From positions 1 through 54,966 of IMG/VR virus record IMGVR_UViG_3300036782_000031: DNA of 54,966 nucleotides; one strand, 5' to 3'. The notes under the pieces are model-generated. The model made no database searches. It worked only from the letters and a program-made list of their open reading frames with translations, and was not told where the DNA came from. Of the stretch, positions 36,401-45,537 are shown piece by piece. Positions within the stretch are counted from its first letter, which is position 1. Each line of letters starts with the position of its first letter. Made by a program: the position numbers and the translations under genes. The stretch comes from a virus. Taxonomy: Duplodnaviria; Caudoviricetes.

Positions 36401-36799
36401 CAGATCACCGCCATGCTGAACTACATCAGCCAGCGGTACGGCTCGCCCAGCGCGGCCTGGGCCCACGAGGAATCGTATGGCTGGTATCAGGGTGGCGGTA
36501 CGACGAGCGCTGGCTGGGCCGAAGTCGGTGAGCATGGCCGCGAGCTAGTCAAGCTGCCGGGCGGTGCGTCGGTCTACCCGAACGGCATGACCGAGCAGAT
36601 GATGAACAGCATGATGCACGGCGATCCGCGGACGCCCCAGCGTGACCCACAGATAGACCAGCTCATCGCTGAGATCCAGAAGCTGCAGAAGGTTACCGCA
36701 GCCGTGCCCGGTGGCGTGGCGAACGGGCTCGGAGCAGTAGTCAACGGGAGCGCCAGGAATGCCTCCTTCCGCAATCGTTACCCGCAGGGTGGTTATTAA
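33413..36799 (+). CDS. Tape measure protein with C-terminal lytic transglycosylase
   Basis: 1128 aa helical, 11-residue Trp/Phe periodicity; EREAGF..AQNPTSNAYGLAQF..YISQRYG. Confidence 0.9.
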   Translation: MNLVDVTIRTTADSSGLGKAKTDAAAAGAAAGKAYANAFNKASKVSAGGVKGGSSSASSAAPGIAGTDNTLLKKLESQASQPGGIGIIGTGTDSTLRNMLRNVLSKGTAGILGGASTGTTTAGTNNGKTTLGTMLGSALGFSGDSAGAKAAGSSDGKSYAAGFKASMVTAVGGVLGGIFGGSNSDQDDAKKAGTDTGKSFASGVLSALASSGIAKTVADLLGMGGGGNDGTKQGKTFAQNLADGMGPGILGLDAKTTSIIGAIGTALATLPGIAGIAGVGIGVALIGEMIAQVVKNSPKLTAQFTGIENDAKKMLTTIGEPIIPALSKVLDQVPGLLKQITPALSGVMKSVAPQLAGIFQGLIPIIKDLVGVMQAAAPAFGPAIEALEKLAAGILPGLEAIIKAMVPEMGQFTKLFSTAGAAIGGIFTAAAPAVGASMKVITALLSVVGALLPILMKVGGVFANALAPAIAAAASVLKDMAPFLIIIGNVLAGLASAILGDLVGAFDALVTLLKGITPSLNLFANLLDQVFHILENKGVFAVLGDALENTVKPLAAVVNELVTGLAPILPTIVQLLSTLLVTAIQQVSSVFLVLIGALVPLIPAITEIITWVVKLISGALQPLIPAITAVMIIWKALTIALEINPWAAAIAAVILVAAIIVKYHTQIWNFIQQIWNDIVNFIKQVWNDILTFAEQWWPLLLGVGGVIYKYHEQIWSFIQSIWNDILNFFKSIWNSISSFVSSAVAGIVTDLSNAWNSIKNTAESIWNAVATFFTTFWNNLISGWRSDISTIESILSAAWTSVKNTVTSVWDSIVSFFAGIPGKIEASLKSLGSGLEGIAKSALTDFWNGAKSIASDVTSWFSGFASGVIGVVKKILGVLSPSTVFYDIGKNLMIGLKNGIVDHLKTAVDATTKAATGVAGAAGTAGGSIESMMKSMAAAKGWTGAEWNALYAVEEREAGFSMTAQNPTSNAYGLAQFINGPSEYAQYGGDVNTAAGQITAMLNYISQRYGSPSAAWAHEESYGWYQGGGTTSAGWAEVGEHGRELVKLPGGASVYPNGMTEQMMNSMMHGDPRTPQRDPQIDQLIAEIQKLQKVTAAVPGGVANGLGAVVNGSARNASFRNRYPQGGY

Positions 36800-39700
36800 T
36801 GGTTGACTCTCTTGTCCTCGGGAACAGCATCGAGCTGCTAGCCGAGACGCCAAGTATCAACCCGCTGTGCCCCGGCGCGGTCTTCTCGCTCCAGACAGCA
36901 GCCAACTTCGCCCTCGGCGCACCGCAGCCCACTACTGACTTTGTGGCCTCGCTGATCCTGGATGGCGAGCGTCCGTTCGGACGCCGGGCCTCCAACCGAA
37001 CCATCACGCTGCCAGTCAACATCGTCGCTCCGAACCGGCAGATCCTGGCGGCTGCCCGGGAGGTTCTCGAGTCCGTCGTAGACCAGGACATCTGGACCAT
37101 GACCTGGACCCGCGATCCCGGCACGGGCACGGCACTGCCGATGATCATCGACTGCTTCCGGGCGCAGCCGTCCGCGCCGGTCTACGACATCCTGGCGGAG
37201 AAGAACGCCAACTTCATGCAGGTCGTCCTGACGATCCCGGCGCTACCGTACGGCCGGTCCGATGTCCAGACGCAGATGCAGTTCGCCAGCCCGGTACCGG
37301 CCTCGCCTCCGGCTCCGCCAGCGCCAGTCACCATTGACGGCTTCACCACGATCAGTTCGCCGCAGTGCCAGCAGAGCAACCAGTGCATCATCGGACCCAA
37401 CTCCTGCTGCTGGGACCCAGACTTCTTTGGCGACTTCGGCGGCCAGGAGAACTACTTCATCTATGGCACCTCGTTCTCGTCTGCACTGAACCTGACGAGC
37501 ATGACGTCCATCCAGATGTACCTCGGCTTCGGCAGCCGGTACTACCCATATCTGGAGTACCACGGCAAGGTCTCCGGCGTCAACATCTACATCACGCTGA
37601 CCGACAAGAACAGTAACACGCTGAGCTTCAGCCGGGCCAACGTGCGGCTGCCGTGTGCGCCGTCGTATGGCTCCCCTGTCTTCTCTCGCGTGAGCCTACC
37701 GATCCCGCAGAACAACACAGTCTTCGACTACAGCGCAGTCACGGCGTACTCCATCAACATCCTTAACCGGCAGGACCGCGTCCGGCGGCTGAGCTGGATC
37801 ACGCTGTACGTCGACAACATCGTGGCGTACCCGAGCAGCCAGACAGCGACCCCGGTCGTCCGCTCCTCGCTCATCAACATGTACGGGCTCGTCGGGTCGG
37901 CCCGGTCTCCGGCCACGCTTAGCTTCCAGCAGGCTCCGACGGCAGGCACTCCGACCACTATCACGACGGTCGGCTCGGGCACCTACACCGTGCCGGGCGG
38001 CACAGCCTACCTCAACGTGCAGGCCTGGGGCGGAGGTGGTCCCGGCGCGACGATGACGACGACCGGGAACGGAGGCGGTGGAGGTGGCGCCGAGTACGCA
38101 GCCGAGACCCTGTTCCCGGCCGCTCCTGCCCAGGTCATTCCGTACCTGGTCGCGGCGGGCGGCACAGCCGGGAACAACGGGCCGTCCACCTACTTCGGGC
38201 CTGGCCCGTCTGGCACGCTGCAGGTTATCGCCAACGGCGGTCTCGCGGCCATCCAGAACAGCCCGACCGGAGCGCTCGGAGGATCCGGCTCGCCCAACTC
38301 CGTGGAGGAGCCGGGCGGTGCCGGCCGAACCAACCCCAGCGGCACGGTGGCGGGCGGTGGCGGTAGCTCGGGTGGTACGGTCTCGCCCGGTGGTACCCCG
38401 ATGGGTACCGGGTCTGTTCTGTTCACGACGCCGGGTAGCTACTCCGGCAGCAGCTCGGGCTGGCTCTGTCCGGCCGGTGTGTTCCAGATCTTCGCTGAAG
38501 CCTGGGGAGGTGGAGGTGGAGGCGCGGCGGGATCCAACAGCGACAACGGCACGGGTGGTTCTGGCGCTGAGTACCGGGCCTCGTTCCTGGCTGTCACCCC
38601 TGGCGTCTACTACTCGTTCACGGTCGGCGCAGGTGGGGCTGGCGGCTCTGGCTCCGGCGGTGGTGGCCAGAACGGTTCGGCCGGTGGGCTGTCCAACTTC
38701 ATCGGCGACGCGGCGTCTGTCATCGCGCACGCTGGCCTCGGCGGTTTCGGCAGCCAGAGCAACGGACCCAACGGTGGGTCTGGCGGTACGGGCACCACAG
38801 GGTTCAACGGAGGCAAGGGCGGTCCGGCCTACCCGTACACTGGCGGTGGTGGATCGTCGGCCGGTGTGAGTGCAGCGGGCAACGCAGGTAGCACCCCGAA
38901 CGGCGCGACTCCTCCCAGCCAGGGTGGTGCGGGAGGCGCAGGATCCGGCTACAACAACGCGGTCGGCACGGCCGGTAGTCAGCCCGGTGGTGGCGGTGGT
39001 GGCACATGGACTCCCGGCTACGCGGGCGGTGCCGGTGGGGCAGGCCAGGTTCGGATCACGTATCCGAGCGGGGTGGGCGCTCCCACGAACACCGGCGCTC
39101 CGGCGGTAACCGGCGGAGGAGCGGGCGGCAACGGCGCTGCGACAGCCGGGGTCGGATCAGTTGGCGCCCAGCCCGGAGGCGGAGGCGGTGGGGCGGAGTC
39201 GTCCGGCTCGACCGAGGCAGGCGGCACGGGCGGTGCGGGCAAGCTGATCATCACGCCCTACGCATCGACCGCGTTCAAGTCGCTGATCGTACACCGGCCT
39301 CCGCTCGGCGCGCTCAAGACGTTCCAGCCTCTGGTCTCGGTCGGGGCCGGATCAGACGTGCCGAACGGCGGTACCCAGTACACCATGCCGCAGCCGGTGT
39401 CCGGCGTCCAGGCTGACTTCGGCGGCACCTACACCATCTACCTCATCAACAAGACCTGGAACGGAAGTAGCAACCGCACGATCACGGTGACGGTGACACA
39501 GTACGAGTACAGCGGTGGCGCGAGCTACACGACCAGCACGATCCCCATCACCATTCAGCCGTCGCAGATCACGAACGGGATCGTAACGGCGGGCGTCCTC
39601 ACCCTGCCCATCAAGGCGGTGGCCGCAGACAACACAGGCGGCTACTACTCCGTCTCCGTCACCGACACCAACACGAGCGACCGGTTCTACGACTGTATCT

Positions 39701-39990
39701 TCCTGGACACCCAGGGCCAGACAGTCATCATCAACGAGCCGTCCACCGGTTACATCACCTACTACATCGACGCGCCGGATCCCAACATCGCTCTCGGCAA
39801 CATCATGGGGTCGCAGCTCGGCCGGGCCGACGCGATCAGCGTCATGGACCAGTGCGTGCTGAGCGGCGGACCGCTGACCATCGAACCGGCCGACGGTGAC
39901 AACCAGCTGTTCGTGTACAGCGCTGACGCTAGCGCACCCGCCATCTCCCTCGCCTACTTTCCGTGCTGGTACTTCGATAGGACACAGTAA
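36799..39990 (+). CDS. Minor tail protein (distal-tail-like N-terminus, Gly-rich repeats)
   Basis: Follows the tape measure; NRTITLPV; repeated AWGGGG units. Confidence 0.75.
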   Translation: MVDSLVLGNSIELLAETPSINPLCPGAVFSLQTAANFALGAPQPTTDFVASLILDGERPFGRRASNRTITLPVNIVAPNRQILAAAREVLESVVDQDIWTMTWTRDPGTGTALPMIIDCFRAQPSAPVYDILAEKNANFMQVVLTIPALPYGRSDVQTQMQFASPVPASPPAPPAPVTIDGFTTISSPQCQQSNQCIIGPNSCCWDPDFFGDFGGQENYFIYGTSFSSALNLTSMTSIQMYLGFGSRYYPYLEYHGKVSGVNIYITLTDKNSNTLSFSRANVRLPCAPSYGSPVFSRVSLPIPQNNTVFDYSAVTAYSINILNRQDRVRRLSWITLYVDNIVAYPSSQTATPVVRSSLINMYGLVGSARSPATLSFQQAPTAGTPTTITTVGSGTYTVPGGTAYLNVQAWGGGGPGATMTTTGNGGGGGGAEYAAETLFPAAPAQVIPYLVAAGGTAGNNGPSTYFGPGPSGTLQVIANGGLAAIQNSPTGALGGSGSPNSVEEPGGAGRTNPSGTVAGGGGSSGGTVSPGGTPMGTGSVLFTTPGSYSGSSSGWLCPAGVFQIFAEAWGGGGGGAAGSNSDNGTGGSGAEYRASFLAVTPGVYYSFTVGAGGAGGSGSGGGGQNGSAGGLSNFIGDAASVIAHAGLGGFGSQSNGPNGGSGGTGTTGFNGGKGGPAYPYTGGGGSSAGVSAAGNAGSTPNGATPPSQGGAGGAGSGYNNAVGTAGSQPGGGGGGTWTPGYAGGAGGAGQVRITYPSGVGAPTNTGAPAVTGGGAGGNGAATAGVGSVGAQPGGGGGGAESSGSTEAGGTGGAGKLIITPYASTAFKSLIVHRPPLGALKTFQPLVSVGAGSDVPNGGTQYTMPQPVSGVQADFGGTYTIYLINKTWNGSSNRTITVTVTQYEYSGGASYTTSTIPITIQPSQITNGIVTAGVLTLPIKAVAADNTGGYYSVSVTDTNTSDRFYDCIFLDTQGQTVIINEPSTGYITYYIDAPDPNIALGNIMGSQLGRADAISVMDQCVLSGGPLTIEPADGDNQLFVYSADASAPAISLAYFPCWYFDRTQ

Positions 39991-40526
39991 TGAAGAAGCT
40001 CTTGCTCCAGATCGCGGCCGGGGCCTGCCTCCTCCTGGTACACGGCACGCTCGGCATGTTCCTGCTTGCTCTCTACGTCATCCTTACGGCCGGTGTCAGC
40101 ACGGCCAACACGGCCAAGACGCGAGCGGTAGAGCAGCGGGTCGCGGCGCTGGCGAGCACAGCCGTTCAGGGCGACGGCTCCGGCAACGTCACGATCAGCG
40201 GCGACCTCCACGTTGACGGCACTCTGTATGGCGTCGGTGGCACCCTGACGATCGGCGACACGGCTCAGTTCGAGGCATCCGGCAACGGGCCGACTGGAAG
40301 CAACACCTTCCTGGGCATGACCAACAGCCAGGCATCGTTCCTTGGCAACCTATCCCAGATGACCGGGGAAGGCTCGCAGCCAACCGGGTCGGACGGATTC
40401 GGCGGTGGCGTCTGGACGGCCAACCAGGCCACCTCCCTGTCGACACTTCAGTCAATCATGAACGATACCGTCGGCGGACTTAACAACCTGATCGCCCGGC
40501 TGATCAGCAACGGATACATGGCCTGA
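39990..40526 (+). CDS. Minor tail/virion protein with hydrophobic N-terminus
   Basis: ORF coupled to both neighbours. Confidence 0.65.
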   Translation: MKKLLLQIAAGACLLLVHGTLGMFLLALYVILTAGVSTANTAKTRAVEQRVAALASTAVQGDGSGNVTISGDLHVDGTLYGVGGTLTIGDTAQFEASGNGPTGSNTFLGMTNSQASFLGNLSQMTGEGSQPTGSDGFGGGVWTANQATSLSTLQSIMNDTVGGLNNLIARLISNGYMA

Positions 40527-40527
40527 C

Positions 40528-41679
40528 ATGACGACGTACCCATCTCCCAACTGCTCCCAGGTGGCCGTGGCGCCACCAGGATCAACGACATGGCAGTACG
40601 TCGGGCAGTACGGCCAGGTGACCGGGCTGAAGTACAGCTTCATCTATCCGGGCGGCTGCGACCAGATGAGCTGCCAGCTCGAGATCCCAACCACCTACCG
40701 GCCACAGATCCTGAACCCTGGCTGGAAGGTCCGCATCACGCGCGGTGGGCATCAGGTGTGGGACGGCAAGATGGACGAGCCGGTATTCTCGGCAGCTGGC
40801 GCCGCGCTGTCGGCCATCGGTACCGGGAACCTGGGCCAAGACTACCTCGCCATCTACACGAGCACGTGGCCGACGAGCGAGCCGGACCAGATCATCAACA
40901 ACGCCATCACGCGCGGCCTGCCGTGGTTCAACCCCGGCCAGGGCACGCCCAGTGGCGCATGGTACGGGCAGGCTGTCGACTCGGCCGCCCAGACCGTGAC
41001 CGACATGCTCAACCTGATCTGCACGCGCGGTGGCCTGGGCTGGTACGTCAACAGCCAGCCGGGCGGGAATCCCGGCGACGACCTCAACATCGCAGCCCTG
41101 CCGAGCACGCCCAACCGGATCCTCGTCTGCACGACGCCGGTGAGCCGGACGCTCGGCGGCGACATCAACACCATCTACATCCGGTACGAGATCTCGGCCG
41201 ACAACAGTTCAGGCACGACGGACGTACCGGCCGTCTACGGCTACACCTCCGTACAGAACGCGGCGTCGGTCGCGGCGCACGGCGTCATGGAGACGTTCAT
41301 CGACCTGAGCGACGTAGGTGTGATGACGTCCAGCGCGGCGCAGGCTGTGGCCAGCAACGTCCTGGCGATCTATCAGCGTGCCTCCTTCGCGGGCTCCTTC
41401 ACGGTCAGCCAGGGGCAGCTACTGACGCTCGGCGGGCAGCCGATCGACCTCGGCACCGAGCAGGCCGGTACGCTCTGCAAGGTTGTGCTGACAGACTACG
41501 CCTACGGTGGCGAGGTCCTGCCAAACACCCCGATGCAGTTCATCGTCGGATCCTACGCATGGGATGACCAGAACGAGGTCGCGACGGTCACGCCCTACCA
41601 GAGCGTGGACGAGTCCCTCACCGGGCTGCTGTCCATGGAGAACACGGTGCTCACCCCGATCACCGTCGCAAGTACCTGA
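40528..41679 (+). CDS. Minor tail protein (baseplate hub-like)
   Basis: PGGC..SC.L, VWDGKMDEP, S.A.HG..E. Confidence 0.7.
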   Translation: MTTYPSPNCSQVAVAPPGSTTWQYVGQYGQVTGLKYSFIYPGGCDQMSCQLEIPTTYRPQILNPGWKVRITRGGHQVWDGKMDEPVFSAAGAALSAIGTGNLGQDYLAIYTSTWPTSEPDQIINNAITRGLPWFNPGQGTPSGAWYGQAVDSAAQTVTDMLNLICTRGGLGWYVNSQPGGNPGDDLNIAALPSTPNRILVCTTPVSRTLGGDINTIYIRYEISADNSSGTTDVPAVYGYTSVQNAASVAAHGVMETFIDLSDVGVMTSSAAQAVASNVLAIYQRASFAGSFTVSQGQLLTLGGQPIDLGTEQAGTLCKVVLTDYAYGGEVLPNTPMQFIVGSYAWDDQNEVATVTPYQSVDESLTGLLSMENTVLTPITVAST

Positions 41680-41688
41680 GGAGGTGAT

Positions 41689-41934
41689 ATGGCTATTGGT
41701 GACTGGGTCACGCTGCTAGGTGGGAGCGGTGCCGGTAGCCTGGTCATTTTCACGGCCCTGTGGCTGGCAGGATTCATCCACACCAAGGCCGAACTAGAAG
41801 ACAAAGACAAGCAGATAGCCGAATACAAGCAAGCGCTCGCCCTAGAGCGCACCAGGAGTGACACGCTAGTAGCCACCGGACAAATTGTCAGAGAAGTCAT
41901 GACGGGGCTCCGGGAGGAGCTGGGTACAAAATGA
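41689..41934 (+). CDS. Membrane protein of the lysis cassette
   Basis: N-terminal TM plus coiled coil; AGGAGGTG RBS. Confidence 0.7.
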   Translation: MAIGDWVTLLGGSGAGSLVIFTALWLAGFIHTKAELEDKDKQIAEYKQALALERTRSDTLVATGQIVREVMTGLREELGTK

Positions 41935-42131
41935 AACTGCCTTGGAGGCGGAACAGGAAGATGGGGAGGAAGAGTGACGTAGAGGCTGCACGCCGAGAGA
42001 GGGAGCTGTCCGAGGAGCGGCTGGCGGAGGTAGCACCCATAGCACATACGCTGCACGAGATCCGACAGACCAATCATGTGCGGCCGTTGCTGCGAAAACT
42101 CATTCAAGAATCAAACAGCAAGGAGCAATGA
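41931..42131 (+). CDS. Small basic protein of the lysis cassette
   Basis: ATGA overlap; RQTNH motif. Confidence 0.65.
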   Translation: MKLPWRRNRKMGRKSDVEAARRERELSEERLAEVAPIAHTLHEIRQTNHVRPLLRKLIQESNSKEQ

Positions 42132-42132
42132 C

Positions 42133-42486
42133 GTGACCCAGATGGAATTCCTATATGACTGGGTATCATGGGCGGTCGTGGTCGCCTTTCTCGTCGCGCT
42201 CCTACTGCCCTTTGCACTGCTACCCATCTGGCGGTGGTACAAGGACAGCTTCGGCGTCAACCTTCAGATGAAGGACTTCGCTATCGCTGCTGCTCTGCTC
42301 GCCTCGTTCCTGCACCGAGCGTTCGGGATCAGTCCCAACTCGCTGTGGTTCGGATGGCTGGAAGCGGCAGCTATCACGTCCGTACCGATCATCCTCGTCT
42401 GGAGATTCTTCATCATTCTGAAGGAGCAACGCAACGGCGCGGCAGAAGACCGAGCCAGGAAACAAGAGAAGGAGCGGAAGCCATGA
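42133..42486 (+). CDS. Three-TM holin candidate
   Basis: Three hydrophobic helices, RWYKDSFGVNL, basic tail; abuts the endolysin. Confidence 0.65.
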   Translation: MTQMEFLYDWVSWAVVVAFLVALLLPFALLPIWRWYKDSFGVNLQMKDFAIAAALLASFLHRAFGISPNSLWFGWLEAAAITSVPIILVWRFFIILKEQRNGAAEDRARKQEKERKP

Positions 42487-43433
42487 TCATCGACTACAGC
42501 ACGGCACGGCCGACGATGGCAGCATTGCGCACGGCCGGAGTCACGGCGGTCGGCCGGTACCTCGGCTGGGACTGCCAGCCCGGCTACGGGTGCATCGGTA
42601 AGAACATCACGAAGACGGAGGCGACGCTCCTGCGTGAGAACGGGATCGCCCCGTTCCTCTGCTTCGAGTACGCAGCCGACGGCGCGGCCAACGGCGCCAA
42701 CCAGGGGCACATCGACGGGCAGCTGGCCTACAACCAGGTGGCCGAGATCGGCGCTCCGCCTACCGTCGGTGTCTACTTCGCGGTCGACTACGACATCCCC
42801 GACTACGACCCCACCCTGCCGGACACGGCGGCCAACGCTATGAAGAAGCTGGGGCCGGTCGGCGAGTACTTCCAGTCCATCAAGAACCTGCACTACAGCT
42901 ACCGGGTCGGCGTGTATGGCGGCTACTACGCTGTCAAGCGCGTGCTGGACGCGGGCCTGGCTACGCTGGGCTGGCAGACAGTGGCCTGGAGCGGCGGGCA
43001 GCGGGACACGCGCGCCGTGCTCTACCAGACGACCCAGACCACGCCCATCCCCGGCGCGGACACCGACATCCGGGAGAACGCGGCCACGAGCGCCAACTTC
43101 GGCCAGTGGGCTCCCGGCTCTACGCCACCACCCACCCCGACCCCACCCCAGCCCAGCACGGCTCCGGCGTTCCCCTGGGGTCCGCTGGACTACATCGGCG
43201 TCGAGTCGTCCGCTGTTCGCTGCCACTCTGGGATCCTCCCGGCCGACACACCACACGTCAAGACGTGGCAGCAGAAGATGAAGGACCGTGGCTGGAACAT
43301 CGCAGTCGACGGTATGTACGGTCCGGCCTCGCAGTCCGTCGCGGAAGCCTTCCAGGGCGAGAAGGCTCTGTCGGTGGACGGCAAGGTCGGGCCAGTCACA
43401 TGGAAGGCGTCCTGGGCGGACGCTGTCACCTGA
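42483..43433 (+). CDS. Endolysin: DUF1906/GH25-like glycoside hydrolase plus peptidoglycan-binding domain
   Basis: IDYS..RP, GRY, YFAVDYD, GVYGG, WQTVAWSGG; C-terminal VDGMYGP..FQ..LSVDGKVGP.TW. Confidence 0.85.
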   Translation: MIIDYSTARPTMAALRTAGVTAVGRYLGWDCQPGYGCIGKNITKTEATLLRENGIAPFLCFEYAADGAANGANQGHIDGQLAYNQVAEIGAPPTVGVYFAVDYDIPDYDPTLPDTAANAMKKLGPVGEYFQSIKNLHYSYRVGVYGGYYAVKRVLDAGLATLGWQTVAWSGGQRDTRAVLYQTTQTTPIPGADTDIRENAATSANFGQWAPGSTPPPTPTPPQPSTAPAFPWGPLDYIGVESSAVRCHSGILPADTPHVKTWQQKMKDRGWNIAVDGMYGPASQSVAEAFQGEKALSVDGKVGPVTWKASWADAVT

Positions 43434-43442
43434 GGAGGAGAC

Positions 43443-43694
43443 ATGGCAGAGGGAGAGACCCCGGAGCAGTTCCGGGATCGCATGCGGTCCATCGGCTACC
43501 TGAGCCGGGGCCGCACGCGGAACAGGGAGATACTCATCACAAGGTCAACCGAGGAAGGCGGCGTGGACGCGGGCAAGCGAGCCAAGGTTGTCGTCGACGA
43601 ACTCGGAACCACCGTTACGACGTCGGACAACCGTCAGGACGTCAACGTCGTCCCCGAAACCGTCTACCAGGATGTAAAGGTAGGGCTGCTATGA
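43443..43694 (+). CDS. Hypothetical protein
   Basis: AGGAGG RBS; DELGTTVT..RQDV. Confidence 0.7.
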   Translation: MAEGETPEQFRDRMRSIGYLSRGRTRNREILITRSTEEGGVDAGKRAKVVVDELGTTVTTSDNRQDVNVVPETVYQDVKVGLL

Positions 43695-44119
43695 CTTCCA
43701 TCGACACGTTCGTCCTGCCTGCAAACAGCTTCGGATCCGACGGCTCTCCGATCGGAACCGATTTCAACGGCGCGACGGTGATCGTTGCCGCCAACGGATT
43801 CTGGATGAACCCGTCCGAGTACCCATCCGACGCCATAGTCGAGGTCGACTACTACATCGTTCCCGATGACGATGGTGACTTTCCGACTGGCTATGGAGAG
43901 TACGACGTCGCCCTGGGCACCCCGGACGGTAATCTGGAGTCGTCCTTCCAGGACAGCAGCGGTATCTGGACCCCATCCGGCAACCCGGTTCGTTTCCGAT
44001 TCGAGATCAGCGACTTCGGAGAGAGCCCAACGGCTGGCTTCATGCTGTTTATGCACCGAGCCGCTACGCCAGCCAACTTCACCGGCATCGGCCCGGTGAC
44101 CGTCACCATCTCTAGCTAG
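43691..44119 (+). CDS. Hypothetical acidic beta-rich protein
   Basis: Start overlaps the upstream stop. Confidence 0.65.
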   Translation: MTSIDTFVLPANSFGSDGSPIGTDFNGATVIVAANGFWMNPSEYPSDAIVEVDYYIVPDDDGDFPTGYGEYDVALGTPDGNLESSFQDSSGIWTPSGNPVRFRFEISDFGESPTAGFMLFMHRAATPANFTGIGPVTVTISS

Positions 44120-44128
44120 GAGCACGGA

Positions 44129-44659
44129 ATGGCCTTCACCAAGTCCGGATGGTACACGCAGTCTCTGCTATACACGCTGGCACAGACGACCATGACCGGG
44201 TCGCCAACCACCATGGCATTGACTGGTGATGACGCCACCAACTACCTCTCCCTCCACAACAGCTCCGGCACCGACTACTCGGCTGAGCTCGCGGTCGGCG
44301 GAGCGACCACCACGACGGCATGGGTCAACACGAACGAGATCACCGTCGGAACCGGATACACGTCCGGCGGATGGCAGCTATCCACAGCAGCGAACGGCGG
44401 GTCGGTCGCAACTGCCCTGGCGCAGTTCGGCTCCGGACCATACGGGATCCAGTACTCTTGGACCAACCCGCTGTCCGTCCCCAGCACAACGCTGTCCGGG
44501 ATCTACGGCTGCATCATCTACGCCCACGGCATCACCGCGCCGGTCTCCAAGCCGATGCTCCTCGTGCTGTGCTTCGGAACGGCGTACGCCACCGTGGCCG
44601 GTACCTTCGGCATCACGCCGAGCGGCTCGGGCCTGTCCCAGCTCACGCTCACCCAGTAG
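44129..44659 (+). CDS. Virion structural protein
   Basis: NEITVGTGYTSGG..L; Thr/Gly-rich. Confidence 0.65.
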   Translation: MAFTKSGWYTQSLLYTLAQTTMTGSPTTMALTGDDATNYLSLHNSSGTDYSAELAVGGATTTTAWVNTNEITVGTGYTSGGWQLSTAANGGSVATALAQFGSGPYGIQYSWTNPLSVPSTTLSGIYGCIIYAHGITAPVSKPMLLVLCFGTAYATVAGTFGITPSGSGLSQLTLTQ

Positions 44660-44667
44660 GAGGAACG

Positions 44668-44931
44668 ATGGCAGTCCTCACCAACGTCCAGGTCGCTGGC
44701 GTCTACTACAACGGCGCGTCCGACCAGGTGGCCCTCTACGCTCTGCGCAAGGTCACCACGGGCGACACCTACGACCTGTCGGCGGACTTCAGCAGCCCGC
44801 GCCAGGCATTCATCATCGGCACGACGGTACTCGGCGAGGAGCAGTGCACCATAAACGGCACGGTCGTCACGATGCCGTCCGGCCTGAACAATGACGCGGG
44901 CTGGCTGCTGGTCTGGGGAGCGCACGCCTAA
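44668..44931 (+). CDS. Probable virion protein
   Basis: AGGAGG RBS; MAVLTNVQV.. Confidence 0.65.
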   Translation: MAVLTNVQVAGVYYNGASDQVALYALRKVTTGDTYDLSADFSSPRQAFIIGTTVLGEEQCTINGTVVTMPSGLNNDAGWLLVWGAHA

Positions 44932-45527
44932 TGCCTCTTCAGACATGGGCCCAGCTGCTCAACGCAGGTGTGCCATGGCAGAGCACAAACGGAACGGCGC
45001 TGACGTCTAGTGCTGCGACCGCCACCATCAGTCCGCAGGCTGCCGGCAACCAGGACTTCATCCTGCCGGGCCAGCCCAACGGCACCCAGTTCTATCCGGG
45101 CATGTCGCTGCTCATCCGGGCGGGCGGCACGCTCAACGCCGGAGCCACGACAAGCAACCTGACAATGTTCCTGGCGGCCGGTGTCAGCGGCACACTCGGC
45201 ACAACGCTGGGCACTACCGGCGCGCTGACGCTCGGCACGACAGTAACGACGGCCGTCGGCTGGGCTCTGGAAGCAGTGCTCAGATGTACCGCTATCGGTT
45301 CGTCGGGTACGACGCTCAGCTGCGGCGGGACAATTGAGTTCCCGACAGCGGCCGGGGCCAACGCCGCCACCCTGGGCACGGCCAACAACACCATCATGAA
45401 CATACCGGAGACGACCACTGCCTTCAACACATACACCACAGGCACGGCGCTCGGTTTGAGGGCAACGCTCAGCGCGGCCTTCGGCTCGGTCGTCTGCAAC
45501 CAGTTCCTCATCCTCCAGCTCTGCTAG
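44931..45527 (+). CDS. Probable virion protein
   Basis: Thr/Gly/Ala-rich; TAATG coupling. Confidence 0.65.
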   Translation: MPLQTWAQLLNAGVPWQSTNGTALTSSAATATISPQAAGNQDFILPGQPNGTQFYPGMSLLIRAGGTLNAGATTSNLTMFLAAGVSGTLGTTLGTTGALTLGTTVTTAVGWALEAVLRCTAIGSSGTTLSCGGTIEFPTAAGANAATLGTANNTIMNIPETTTAFNTYTTGTALGLRATLSAAFGSVVCNQFLILQLC

Positions 45528-45537
45528 GGGCCTGACG